Source of the DNA: Pyrinomonadaceae bacterium
GTDB lineage: Bacteria > Acidobacteriota > Blastocatellia > Pyrinomonadales > Pyrinomonadaceae
Assembly: GCA_037969475.1 (NCBI GenBank)
Contig: JBBKXN010000050.1
Span: forward strand, 35,409 to 99,408
Direction: 5' to 3'
Length of the DNA stretch: 64,000 nucleotides
The notes beneath the pieces were generated by a model that worked only from the letters and a program-made list of their open reading frames with translations, was not told where the DNA came from and ran no database searches. The translations under genes and the position numbers were made by a program. The number at the start of each line of letters is the position of its first letter. The stretch's first letter is position 1. Shown in pieces: positions 19,417 to 29,251 of this stretch.

Positions 19417-20631
19417 GTGCATAACAAAGACATAAACAATTCCATCCCTCAAAACGGTACTGCAGTTATGCGCGGTAGAAATATTTTATGTTTTAGTCAT
19501 GACTGGACCGGCGATCCGCTCTCGAAAACCCACTTGATGCGTGTGCTTTCCAGAGATAATCGAATTCTTTGGATCAACGCGATCGCCAATCGTATGCCGA
19601 CCGCTTCATCAAAAGATATCAAGCGAATTTTTTCAAAACTAAAGAAATTTACCGAGAAGGTAGAAGAAGTAGAGCCCAACATATTCGTCCTAAATCCCTT
19701 GGCAGTACCAACTTATGGAAACGCGCTGATACGAAGTTTTAACCAGAAGTTGCTTCTATCGCAGGTAAAGAAAACAATGCGTCAGTTAGACTTTTCGGAG
19801 CCCATGAATATGGTATTCAATCCGGCGGCGGGATTGCTTGCCGGAAGTTTGGGTGAACGCGAACTTATTTACTATTGCGTCGACGATTATACAGAGTTTA
19901 CAGGTGTTGCCGCCGGGTTAAAAGAGATTGAGGAAATCCTATTTGAGAAAGCCGATTTAGTGATCGTCTCCGCGCAGAAACTTTTCGATGACAAGAAAAA
20001 ATTTAATACGAATACGCACTTGATAAGTCATGGTACGGATTGGGATCATTTCCGGAAAAGTCTCTATGAATCAACTGAAATTCCTGCGGAGATCAGCGCT
20101 CTGCCAAAACCCATAATTGGATTCCACGGCCTTCTCGCAGATTGGGTAGATTTCGAGTTGATAAAGAAAACTGCCGAGCGATTCAAAGATGGATCGATTG
20201 TTTTAATAGGTAAAATCGCAGTTGATGCAGAAAGAAAGGTCAGAATTCTTAAGGGTGTCAAGAATGTTCATTTCTTGGGACGAAAACCCTACGCCGATCT
20301 TCCAAGATTCTGTAAAGGCTTTGACGTCGCACTTAACCCTTTTGTCATCAATAATTTAACACTTGCCGCGAATCCATTGAAAGTGCGCGAGTATCTTGCC
20401 GCAGGTCTAGCCGTTGTTTCAACAGATATTCCCGAAGTGCGTTTGCTGCAATATTGCGCGGTTGCTGAAAGTCACGAGGAATTCATAAAGGAAATAGAAT
20501 TGGCACTCAAAGATCCCCCAAAACGAAAGTCGGTCAGCGATTCGATCAAAGAGGAGAGTTGGGAAGCGAAGATCGAAGAATTGCGGGAAATCGTCGCGCA
20601 TATTCCTGGAAAAGACGAATCTGGAAACTAG
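19417..20631 (+). CDS. GT-B fold glycosyltransferase (GT1/GT4, TuaH-like)
   Basis: ILCFSHDWTGDPLSKTH N-terminus and the C-terminal LNPF...ANPLKVREYLAAGLAVVSTDIPEV. Track start is GTG 19417. An alternative ATG lies at 19468. Confidence 0.7.
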   Translation: MHNKDINNSIPQNGTAVMRGRNILCFSHDWTGDPLSKTHLMRVLSRDNRILWINAIANRMPTASSKDIKRIFSKLKKFTEKVEEVEPNIFVLNPLAVPTYGNALIRSFNQKLLLSQVKKTMRQLDFSEPMNMVFNPAAGLLAGSLGERELIYYCVDDYTEFTGVAAGLKEIEEILFEKADLVIVSAQKLFDDKKKFNTNTHLISHGTDWDHFRKSLYESTEIPAEISALPKPIIGFHGLLADWVDFELIKKTAERFKDGSIVLIGKIAVDAERKVRILKGVKNVHFLGRKPYADLPRFCKGFDVALNPFVINNLTLAANPLKVREYLAAGLAVVSTDIPEVRLLQYCAVAESHEEFIKEIELALKDPPKRKSVSDSIKEESWEAKIEELREIVAHIPGKDESGN

Positions 20632-20633
20632 TG

Positions 20634-21251
20634 ATGAGCTGGAAGTTGAAAATATTCATTCTCATATTGGTGTTTGTAATTACCTGGATTGTGGTTGCAC
20701 CTCTTCTCGCAAACAGACTAATCGTCGAAGAGCCGTTGGGAAAAGCCGATGCAATTATGGTTTTGAGCGGTTCTTCCGTATTCGTTGAACGAACTAACAG
20801 GGCGGCGGAGGCATACAAGCGGGGGGTTTCGAGGTTGGTTCTACTTACTGATGACGGCGGTCATGCGGGTTGGTCAAAAGTTGAACAGAGAAATCCGAAG
20901 TTTGTTGAGCTGGCTGAACAAGAGTTGATAAGACAAGGTGTTGCGCCCAAAGATATTCGGGTTCTCGATGCGGAGATAACGGGTACGATTTATGAGGCAA
21001 AAGCTATCGCGGATGAAATAAAGGCGAGACACTGGAAATCAATACTGCTTGTAACATCTGCATATCATACCAAAAGAACCGTTAAAACATTCGAGCGCGA
21101 GATAGCAGATAAGAGCGTGAAGATCGGTGTTGTTTCATATCCGCCGGGATGGCAAACTCCGTCGCCAATGACCTGGTGGTTTTCACCTCAAGGTTGGACA
21201 ATGGTCGGCGGGGAATATCTAAAGAGTCTGTATTATTGGGTATATTATTAA
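20634..21251 (+). CDS. DUF218 (YdcF/ElyC-like) membrane-anchored protein
   Basis: ATG 20634 lies 3 nt after the upstream stop and gives MSWKLKIFILILVFVITWIV (TM). Has the DUF218 motifs ADAIMVLSGSS and ILLVTSAYHTKRT. Confidence 0.75.
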   Translation: MSWKLKIFILILVFVITWIVVAPLLANRLIVEEPLGKADAIMVLSGSSVFVERTNRAAEAYKRGVSRLVLLTDDGGHAGWSKVEQRNPKFVELAEQELIRQGVAPKDIRVLDAEITGTIYEAKAIADEIKARHWKSILLVTSAYHTKRTVKTFEREIADKSVKIGVVSYPPGWQTPSPMTWWFSPQGWTMVGGEYLKSLYYWVYY

Positions 21252-21265
21252 ACAGAAATTAAATT

Positions 21266-22822
21266 ATGAGACGTCTGGAAAGCCCAAATTGGAGAAAGAA
21301 GAATAATCGAAAACGTGCGATTTTTATCGGAGTTTTTGGTGGGATCATAGCTGCAATTTTTGGTGCGGCGTTGGTTTGGATTCTTCGCGAAGTTGTTCCT
21401 GCGGATAATCATGTATTGGCAAACGGAAATGAGATAATTGTTAAAGTCGGTGGGGACTTTCAGGCTGCCCTTAATCAGGCAAAATCCGGGGACACAATTC
21501 TACTCCCACCCGGAGGGAAATTTGTCGGGAATTTTCTGTTGCCAAAAAAGCAGGGCAATCAGTTTATAACGATTCGTACATCTGCGCCCGATTCAAACCT
21601 TCCAGCGGTTGACAAAAGAATTTCTCCCGAACAATATTCCAAATTTCTTCCAAAACTGAGTTCAGATACTAGCGATCCGGTGATCTCAACCGTCGACGGT
21701 TCGCATCATTATCGTTTTGTCGGGATCGAATTCGGCGGCACACTGGGCGGTGTAAATAATATTATCCGAATAGGATCGACAGAGGAAAGAAAGCTTGAGG
21801 ACATTCCTCATCATATCGAATTTGATCGAGTTTATATTCACGCCACCTCACCCGAGGGACAACGCCGCGGAATTGCGGCGAATGGGAAAAATATTGTTAT
21901 CAAGAATAGCCATATTTCGGGAATCCGTCGAAAAGGCGACGAAAGTCAGGCGATTGCGGTTTGGTCAGGAGATGGACCGATCGAAATTGTAAATAACTAT
22001 CTGGAGGCGGCTGCTGAGAATATATTGCTTGGCGGGGCCGGTTCGTTTTTGAAGTTATTACCATCGGACTGCGTCATCAGAGACAACCATTTGAACAAGC
22101 CGCCTGAATGGAAAGGTAGCGATTGGGTTGTAAAGAATCTCTTAGAAATCAAATTTGGGCGGCGGGTTAAAATTTATCGGAATTTAATGACCAACAATTG
22201 GGCGATGGGGCAAGCTGGAACCGCGGTTTTATTCAATACGCGGGCCGATAATGGCGAGACAGACACGATTGAAGACATTGAGTTTACGGATAACATTGTT
22301 CGCTCCAGTGGAAACGCGATAAGCGTTTATGGTCCAGAAGGGCAGGGCGGACACCGTCTCGTAATAAGAAACAATCAGTTTCTTGATATTGATGGGGCGA
22401 AATGGGGTGGAGGCGGCCATTTCATGATTTCAACCGCCTGGGACACTTTGACTATCGAAAATAACACGATTATTCAGTCGGGAAATATAACGAACAGTTA
22501 TGGCGCTCCAATCCAAAACTTTATTTTTCGAAATAATGTCGTTTTTCAAAATGAGTATGGGTTTAAGGGGGACGGGTTGGCGTCAGGAAAGAATAGCATC
22601 GATACCCACTTTCCACGCGCGAAAATCGAAAAGAATGTGATTGTCGGAGGCAGCGCATCAGTTTACGGCCGGGATAATTTTTATCCGGCTTCGATCAGAC
22701 AGATTGGATTTCGGGATTTCAAATCCTACGAACTAAACATCGAGAGCCCTTTTAGAACTCGTGGTGTAAACGGTATGCAGATTGGAGCGAGTCTAAATCC
22801 GGCGAATGTTGGCGGAAGATAA
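21266..22822 (+). CDS. Membrane-anchored right-handed parallel beta-helix repeat protein (polysaccharide lyase/hydrolase/epimerase-like)
   Basis: N-terminal TM (AIFIGVFGGIIAAIFGAALVWIL). Repeated coils follow: IVIKNSHISGI, IEIVNNYLEAA, CVIRDNHL, IEFTDNIVRSSGN, LVIRNNQFLDIDG, LTIENNTIIQSGN and FIFRNNVVFQNE. Confidence 0.7.
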   Translation: MRRLESPNWRKKNNRKRAIFIGVFGGIIAAIFGAALVWILREVVPADNHVLANGNEIIVKVGGDFQAALNQAKSGDTILLPPGGKFVGNFLLPKKQGNQFITIRTSAPDSNLPAVDKRISPEQYSKFLPKLSSDTSDPVISTVDGSHHYRFVGIEFGGTLGGVNNIIRIGSTEERKLEDIPHHIEFDRVYIHATSPEGQRRGIAANGKNIVIKNSHISGIRRKGDESQAIAVWSGDGPIEIVNNYLEAAAENILLGGAGSFLKLLPSDCVIRDNHLNKPPEWKGSDWVVKNLLEIKFGRRVKIYRNLMTNNWAMGQAGTAVLFNTRADNGETDTIEDIEFTDNIVRSSGNAISVYGPEGQGGHRLVIRNNQFLDIDGAKWGGGGHFMISTAWDTLTIENNTIIQSGNITNSYGAPIQNFIFRNNVVFQNEYGFKGDGLASGKNSIDTHFPRAKIEKNVIVGGSASVYGRDNFYPASIRQIGFRDFKSYELNIESPFRTRGVNGMQIGASLNPANVGGR

Positions 22823-22853
22823 CGGACTTAACGAATCTAGTCGAATCACAAAA

Positions 22854-25295
22854 CTATCTTCCGATATTTTCTACCAATGATTTAAATCTTTCATCGTCGC
22901 GAATTGAATCTAAGGTTTTATCTTTTTCAAACCACGGCTTGTTTTCGTAACCCAGCTTCACGGCCCGTTCTAACCAGATCAAAGCCTCTTCTTTCTCCCC
23001 TAATAACGCATAGGCGGAACCGAGCCAATATGCCATATCGTGGTCTGCTTTCGAAAGACTGAGTGCATCAGGGGTGAGTTGGGAACGTGCTTCTTCTTCT
23101 TTTCCCTGTTTTGCAAGATAAATCGCCAACATCGGGCGAATCCCATCCATTTTAGGGTTTTTTTCCAAAACGTCTGTGATTATTTCGACAGCTTCCTCAA
23201 CGTCGCCTTTGTGAAAAAGTGCATTGGAACGAAATACCTTGATAAGGGGATGATTTGGCTCGGCTTTCGCACCCTTATCAAGTTCCTTCAGCGCTTTATC
23301 GTATTCCCCGAGATAAGTAAAAATTCTGGCGCGGTTGTAGCTTGAAACGGCTTGAGCTGCAGGATCGAGTCGCGCAAGTTTTTGAAAACTCTTTAACGAT
23401 TCTTCATATTCTCCGTCTAATCGGTGCACAACTCCTTTAACAAAATAAATCGGCGCTTCATTAGGAAATTCCTCTTGCAGTTTTTTCACTTCTGCGCGCG
23501 CCGTAGCTTTTTCGTCTCGTGCAAGATAGATCATCACCATTAGAACTCGCGCTTCGGAGACGTTTGGATCGTATTTAAACGCTTTCTCGAACGCCTTTTC
23601 CGCGAGATCATAATCGCCTGCGGCACCCATTCCCTTAAAGATCCTATTCGCATAGCACGCGCCTAAACCGCTGTACGCCAAAGCAAATTCCGGGTCGAGA
23701 ATGATCGCGCGTTTGAAATTTTCAATTGCCGCTTCGCTGTCTGCAGCGGCAACTGTCCTGAAAATAAATCTACCGAAGTTATCACGCCCGCGAAGGTACT
23801 GTTCGTATGCGCTGGCGTCTTTCGTCGGTCGGCGACCCAACACTCCCTGCTCCTCGTCGGAAAGTTCGAGTCGTAATCCCTCTAAAATATGTTGTCCGAT
23901 GATGTCCTGGAGCGCGAGAATGTCTTCTCCCTCCGCATCGATTCGGTCGCTCCACAAAATCTCGCCCGAAACGACATCGAGGAGTTGTGCAGTGACACGC
24001 ATTCTTTCGCCGGCCAATATAAAACCCGCCGTAAGAACCGCGTGCACCCTCAATTCGCGACCTACTTCGCGCGGGTCAAAGTCGGTTCCCTGATATTTTG
24101 CTATCACGGAGCTTGGTCTGACGATCAGAGAGCGTAATTGTGCGAGCTCGGTAATAACTGCGTCAGCTAGTGCAAATTCATAAAAATTTGTCGCAGGGTC
24201 TTTGCTCAGGTTCGTAAATGGAAGAATTGCTATCGTCCGCTTTTCTTTTCCCGTTGCGGTCAGCGTAATATCCGGTGCGTAGGTCGGTGTCACCGAAACG
24301 GAAGAATCGGGAGGAGCAGATGTCGATCCAGTTTTTCCGGTTATCCAGTTCCAAGCCCTTTTTACAGGACTATTATTTTCCAGGTACTGTGGCTGAAAGC
24401 TTTCGTTTATTCCAGGCACGCCGCCCGTTATTTCCTGCAAGACCCCTCTTAAGTCTTTTCCCATTTCAGCAATGTCCTGATACCGATCTTTAGGATCCTT
24501 TGCCAATGCACGGTCGACGATCTGCTGAAGCTTTGGCGGCAGAATTTCCGATCGCATTTCAGCCAAAGGCGTCGGGGTACCATACAAGACCTGGTGCCTT
24601 ACATCTACAACGCTCTTCCCTTGAAATGCCCAAATCCCGGTAAGCATTTCGTACAAAAGAACGCCTGTTGAAAAAATATCTGCGCGATGATCTGTTTTTT
24701 CTCCCTTCGCTTGCTCCGGTGCCGCGTATGTCGCGGTCCCGTATGGAATTCCCAATTCTGTCAGGTCGATCTTTTCGCCGCTGGTCCCTGCTATAGGCTC
24801 ATCCATCAACAATTTTGCCAACCCAAAATCTAGTATCTTTACCTGTCCTTCATCGCTGACCATCACATTTCCAGCTTTAATATCTCGATGAATTATATTT
24901 TTTGAATGGGCGTAAGCGAGTGCGTCGCAAACCTGAATCTCTATCTTCAATGCTGTCGTGAGGTCGAGCGGACGTCCGTCTACAAGTTCGCGAACATTTT
25001 TGCCGCCGATATGCTGCATCGCTATATAAAACGTGCCGTCATCTTCGTGAAAATCGTAGATCGTACAAATATTCGGGTGATCGAGCTGCGAACAAAGTTT
25101 TGCTTCGCGCTCAAACCTTTTGAAATTTGCGGTTTTAGCCGTTAGCTCAGGTGGAAGAACTTTGATCACAACAGTTCGGTCCAGTTTTGTATCGAGGGCT
25201 TTATAAACTGTACCTTGTCCGCCGGCACCGAGTTTTTTAAGGATTTCGTATTGGTGAATCTTTTCGCCAATCATAAGAGATCGCTCAGATAACAA
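22854..25295 (-). CDS. Ser/Thr protein kinase with TolB-N-like middle domain and C-terminal TPR repeats
   Basis: Hanks kinase motifs GAGGQGTVYKA, VIKVL, HRDIKAGNVM, DFGLAK and YAAPEQ. Middle region KRTIAILPFTNLSKDP...FALADAVITEL. Multiple TPR-like repeats toward the C-terminus. Confidence 0.9.
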   Translation of the reverse strand: MLSERSLMIGEKIHQYEILKKLGAGGQGTVYKALDTKLDRTVVIKVLPPELTAKTANFKRFEREAKLCSQLDHPNICTIYDFHEDDGTFYIAMQHIGGKNVRELVDGRPLDLTTALKIEIQVCDALAYAHSKNIIHRDIKAGNVMVSDEGQVKILDFGLAKLLMDEPIAGTSGEKIDLTELGIPYGTATYAAPEQAKGEKTDHRADIFSTGVLLYEMLTGIWAFQGKSVVDVRHQVLYGTPTPLAEMRSEILPPKLQQIVDRALAKDPKDRYQDIAEMGKDLRGVLQEITGGVPGINESFQPQYLENNSPVKRAWNWITGKTGSTSAPPDSSVSVTPTYAPDITLTATGKEKRTIAILPFTNLSKDPATNFYEFALADAVITELAQLRSLIVRPSSVIAKYQGTDFDPREVGRELRVHAVLTAGFILAGERMRVTAQLLDVVSGEILWSDRIDAEGEDILALQDIIGQHILEGLRLELSDEEQGVLGRRPTKDASAYEQYLRGRDNFGRFIFRTVAAADSEAAIENFKRAIILDPEFALAYSGLGACYANRIFKGMGAAGDYDLAEKAFEKAFKYDPNVSEARVLMVMIYLARDEKATARAEVKKLQEEFPNEAPIYFVKGVVHRLDGEYEESLKSFQKLARLDPAAQAVSSYNRARIFTYLGEYDKALKELDKGAKAEPNHPLIKVFRSNALFHKGDVEEAVEIITDVLEKNPKMDGIRPMLAIYLAKQGKEEEARSQLTPDALSLSKADHDMAYWLGSAYALLGEKEEALIWLERAVKLGYENKPWFEKDKTLDSIRDDERFKSLVENIGR

Positions 25296-25393
25296 GTATT
25301 AGAATTTGGCTGGTAAACATTGATTTTGCGCTCGAAAATTGAAACAAGTTAGTGCAAAAAGGATCGACAAACTGTCAATCAGATTTTGATCGT

Positions 25394-25615
25394 TCAGCCG
25401 CGCGGGGGATCGCCCCAGCCGGATTGTATATATTCACCGTTTTCAACGATAACCGGAACCGTCAAGTCACCGCTTGAATACTCGAGCATTTTTTCTTGAT
25501 GATCCTTATCGTTTTGCGCATCATATTCGGTAAACTCAATATTATTCTCTTTGTAATAGGCACGCGCCTTATCACAATATGGACAATTTGGTTTCGTGTA
25601 AACTTCTAAGGGCAT
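25394..25615 (-). CDS. Glutaredoxin-family small redox protein
   Basis: MPLEVYTKPNCPYCDKARAYY with a CPYC active site, and TVPVIVENGEY. The internal ATG 25615 is preferred over the track start. Confidence 0.8.
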   Translation of the reverse strand: MPLEVYTKPNCPYCDKARAYYKENNIEFTEYDAQNDKDHQEKMLEYSSGDLTVPVIVENGEYIQSGWGDPPRG

Positions 25616-25686
25616 AGTCAAGTTCTCCTCGTGTGTGAGATAGTTTAACAATTGAAACAAATTAATAAAAGCTTAGCGAAGAATTC

Positions 25687-25980
25687 ATGGAAAATAGAGA
25701 TCTTTTTGAACCATTTGAACGACTTATCGAAATCAAAATAGATGGCAAAACCGTAAAAGTTCCTGAAAATAATACGCTTTTAAGATGCTTTCAGTACTTA
25801 TCACTTGAATCAATTTCCTATGGCGATTTTTGTTGGAACGGAGATTGTCTGAATTGCCAAATATGGATAAAGATCGGAGACAAGGAAAAAGCATTCATGT
25901 CTTGCCGTGCAAAGGTCGAAGAGGGGATGGAAATTGTTCGACTTAGCCCGGAAATCGTCATCAACCCGTCGCAGAATTGA
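25687..25980 (+). CDS. Small (2Fe-2S)-binding domain protein
   Basis: [17 protein letters not shown] resembles 2Fe-2S N-terminal domains. Cysteine pattern is C-x4-C-x2-C-x15-C (CWNGDCLNC...SC). Confidence 0.6.
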   Translation: MENRDLFEPFERLIEIKIDGKTVKVPENNTLLRCFQYLSLESISYGDFCWNGDCLNCQIWIKIGDKEKAFMSCRAKVEEGMEIVRLSPEIVINPSQN

Positions 25981-27079
25981 CCTGGCTATTCTCGCTCATC
26001 AATTTAATAAAACGATCAAAATGATAAGCAGCGTCATGTGGTCCCGGTGCGGCCTCAGGATGATATTGAACGCTGAATATCGGAAGTGTTTTATGTCTGA
26101 TTCCCGCCACGGTATCATCGTTTAGATTCACATGCGTAACCTCAATGTCATTTGGAAGCGAATCTCCGTCTACTGCAAATCCGTGATTGTGAGAAGTGAT
26201 TTCAACCCGTCCGCTCAAAAGATCCTTAATTGGTTGATTTCCACCGCGATGTCCGAATTTCATCTTATAAGTTTTTCCACCAAACGTTTGTCCAAGTATC
26301 TGGTGGCCTAAACAGATTCCAAACATTGGCAACCGTGCATCTATCAAATTTTTTATTTCTCGGATGACCGCTCCCATCGAAGCCGGATCTCCGGGGCCAT
26401 TTGAAAGAAAAATTCCATCCGGTTCGAGGCCAATCACATCTTTCGCCTCAGTCGAGGAAGGAACAACGGTAATTCGACAACCCGCTTGCGCAAAACTCCG
26501 GAGAGAATTAGTTTTTACGCCAAAATCATAGCAAACGACATGGAATTTCTCCGTTCCCTCAGATTTAATCACGTACGGTTTCGGCGTTGTAACCTGGCTG
26601 GCAAGCTCACGATTGTTCATCTCCGGAGATTCAAGAACCCTTGCAAGGAGGGCGTTTTCGTCTAAATCAACACTCGAAATCGCCGCCCGCATGGCTCCTT
26701 TATCGCGAATATGTTTTACCAATGCTCTCGTGTCTATTTGTTCGATGCCAGCAATTCCGTGCCGTTTTAAATAGGCATCGAGGGTTTCGCTTGATCGCCA
26801 GTTCGAACTTACTTTGCTAGCTTCGCGAACAACAAAACCTTCTACCCATGGACGCCGGGATTCTACGTCATCTTCATTCACACCGTAGTTTCCGACGAGC
26901 GGATATGTCATGCAAACGATTTGTCCGGCATAGCTCGGATCAGTAAGAATCTCCTGATAGCCGGTCATTGATGTATTGAAAACCATCTCGCCAAAGGTTT
27001 CACCTTCCGCACCGAATGAAACCCCGCGAAAGGATCGTCCGTCTTCCAGGACCAAAATTGCCTTTTTAGATAAACTCAT
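25961..27079 (-). CDS. carA: Carbamoyl-phosphate synthase small (glutaminase) subunit
   Basis: [28 protein letters not shown]-terminus. Has the GICLGHQ catalytic Cys, FGHRGGNQP and VQYHPEA. Confidence 0.95.
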   Translation of the reverse strand: MSLSKKAILVLEDGRSFRGVSFGAEGETFGEMVFNTSMTGYQEILTDPSYAGQIVCMTYPLVGNYGVNEDDVESRRPWVEGFVVREASKVSSNWRSSETLDAYLKRHGIAGIEQIDTRALVKHIRDKGAMRAAISSVDLDENALLARVLESPEMNNRELASQVTTPKPYVIKSEGTEKFHVVCYDFGVKTNSLRSFAQAGCRITVVPSSTEAKDVIGLEPDGIFLSNGPGDPASMGAVIREIKNLIDARLPMFGICLGHQILGQTFGGKTYKMKFGHRGGNQPIKDLLSGRVEITSHNHGFAVDGDSLPNDIEVTHVNLNDDTVAGIRHKTLPIFSVQYHPEAAPGPHDAAYHFDRFIKLMSENSQVNSATG

Positions 27080-27178
27080 GGAAAAAGAATACGCTCAAAA
27101 CAAACGAATGGTTGATCGGTCTAGCTTAGGTTTCTTTGCTAAAACAATCAACCATTATGCATGTTTTAAATCTTCGAT

Positions 27179-27916
27179 CTAGCCTTCGTCGTCTGTCCCA
27201 GTAACACCAGCCGGCTCATCTTCGCCTTGAGGAACGTCGGGATATGTTTCCGTCTCGTCGAGCTTTGTTTCGCCCTCTTTTATAAATCCGAATTTCGAAG
27301 GTCGCCAATATCTGAAAAAGGCTTTTCCGTAAATGTATTTTTCGGGCACCAAACCCCATTCGCGAGAATCCGAAGAATTGCCGCGATTGTCACCCATAAC
27401 AAAAAAGTAATGTTTCTTTACCCTGATCGGGCGTCCCAAATCGGACATCTTTGCGAGTTCGGCTTTCTGGATATATGGCTCCGCTAATTCCCGGTCATCG
27501 ATGAAAACCTTTCCATCCCTAATGTCTACAGTTTCATCGGGTAATCCAATTACTCTTTTAACAAAACTCTTATTCGGATCTTGAGGATACCAAAAGACAA
27601 CAATGTCGCCCCGGTTGATATGTCCCCAACCGACGCTTCGAAAATTGTAATAGACCAATTTATTTACAATCAGCCGCTCGCCATTTTGTAGCTGTGGGAC
27701 CATCGAGGTACCTTCAACCACTACGGGCTGCGCAATAAAAACGCCAAACAAAACAAAAACTGACACGATCAAGATTACGTCGCGTACAAGCCGTAAACTT
27801 TCCGTCCACAATCCCTGCTTTGCCGCTTGCCTAAGCTTGTGAACTTCTATATTTCGATCATCCTTTACAGATATATCGCCGAAGTCATACTGATTGTCTT
27901 GTTTTAAACTAAACAT
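27179..27916 (-). CDS. lepB: Signal peptidase I
   Basis: TM anchor, EGTSMVPQL (catalytic Ser), FVKRVIGLPDE (catalytic Lys box) and GDNRGNSSDSREWG. Confidence 0.9.
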   Translation of the reverse strand: MFSLKQDNQYDFGDISVKDDRNIEVHKLRQAAKQGLWTESLRLVRDVILIVSVFVLFGVFIAQPVVVEGTSMVPQLQNGERLIVNKLVYYNFRSVGWGHINRGDIVVFWYPQDPNKSFVKRVIGLPDETVDIRDGKVFIDDRELAEPYIQKAELAKMSDLGRPIRVKKHYFFVMGDNRGNSSDSREWGLVPEKYIYGKAFFRYWRPSKFGFIKEGETKLDETETYPDVPQGEDEPAGVTGTDDEG

Positions 27917-28122
27917 AGATCGGAGGTTCGATGAGTGTCAGCGGGTCGGGCGTTGGAAATTTCCTCACCTCAATAGAAATTAACCGCTAAAAGGGTGCTT
28001 TGTCAACGAGATCGAAGTCGAAGCGAACCAATTTTCTCACATATTTCGTCGTTGGATAGAATTTTCCCCCCAATCGACTATAATTCAGTGTCACTTAGAA
28101 AAAATAATTTGGGAGCGTACGA

Positions 28123-29247
28123 TTGAACGAACACATTCGCCAACTCTTTCCGGTACTTGAGAAAACCACTTATTTAAATTGTGCGGCGGTGGGGCCTGTT
28201 CCGACGGTCGCGATAGATGCCGTTGTTTCGCAGCTTCGCGACGTTTCGCTGCATGGTTCGACCAACTATCCGGAATGGGTTGAAACAAAAAACCGTGCTC
28301 GCGGGCTGATCGCGCAAATGCTCGGCGTAACTGATGATCAAATTGCATTTATGCGAAATACTTCCGATGGTTTCGCGACCATCGCAAACGGTTTGGAATG
28401 GACTGAAGGCGACAATATCGTAACTTTCGAGCACGAATTTCCGGCAAATTTCTACGCATGGCGTAGGATCCGCGACAAATACGGTGTTGAACTTCGGCTT
28501 TGTCCGGAGCGGGACGGGCGCATTGATATCGACGAATTCATTGGTCTTATCAATGAAAATACACGGGTTGTTGCAATCAGTGCAGTGCAGTTTTCAACCG
28601 GATTTCGCGCCGATCTTTCGCGAATTGGAAAGACAGCTCGGCAGGTCGACGCGCTTTTTTGTGTAGACATAATTCAGGGGTTTGGAACAATAACTTTAGA
28701 TTTGCCCGCACTCTTTGTCGATATCGCCAGTGGTGCGAGTCACAAGTGGCTTTTATCACCGGAGGGATGCGGAATACTTTATTTAAGTGAACGTGCGCGT
28801 GCATTGGTCGAACCAACCCTCGTTGGGTGGATTAGTGTTGACGATCCTTGGGATTTTTCGGATTACGAGCAGAACTACAAGCCAAACGCGTTGGCTTGGG
28901 AATCGGGAACAGGAGCGTCTTCGCTTTTTTACGGTCTCGAACAAAGTCTGAAAATTATCAACGACGTCGGCGTTGAAAACATCGAGAATTATCTGGAAGA
29001 GTTGACAAATTTTTTGTGCGAGGTAATACCCACGGAACGCTATCGCATCGTAAGTTCTAGATTGGCGGGGGAAAAATCACAGATCGTTTGTATTAAGAGC
29101 AATGATGGCTTAAGACCGCAAGAGATATTTAAATATTTGGAGGCGAGAAGTATTGTTGTTTCCGCTCGTGGGGACAAGCTGAGAATATCGCCTCACTTTT
29201 TCAATAATCGCGAAGACCTAGAGAGTTTAGTGGAAAACCTGCCGTAG
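28123..29247 (+). CDS. Class V aminotransferase / cysteine desulfurase-like PLP enzyme
   Basis: TYLNCAAVGP N-terminus and the SGASHKWLLSPEGCGILY PLP-lysine motif. TTG start with GGGAG 9 nt upstream. Confidence 0.8.
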   Translation: MNEHIRQLFPVLEKTTYLNCAAVGPVPTVAIDAVVSQLRDVSLHGSTNYPEWVETKNRARGLIAQMLGVTDDQIAFMRNTSDGFATIANGLEWTEGDNIVTFEHEFPANFYAWRRIRDKYGVELRLCPERDGRIDIDEFIGLINENTRVVAISAVQFSTGFRADLSRIGKTARQVDALFCVDIIQGFGTITLDLPALFVDIASGASHKWLLSPEGCGILYLSERARALVEPTLVGWISVDDPWDFSDYEQNYKPNALAWESGTGASSLFYGLEQSLKIINDVGVENIENYLEELTNFLCEVIPTERYRIVSSRLAGEKSQIVCIKSNDGLRPQEIFKYLEARSIVVSARGDKLRISPHFFNNREDLESLVENLP

Positions 29248-29251
29248 GTGA

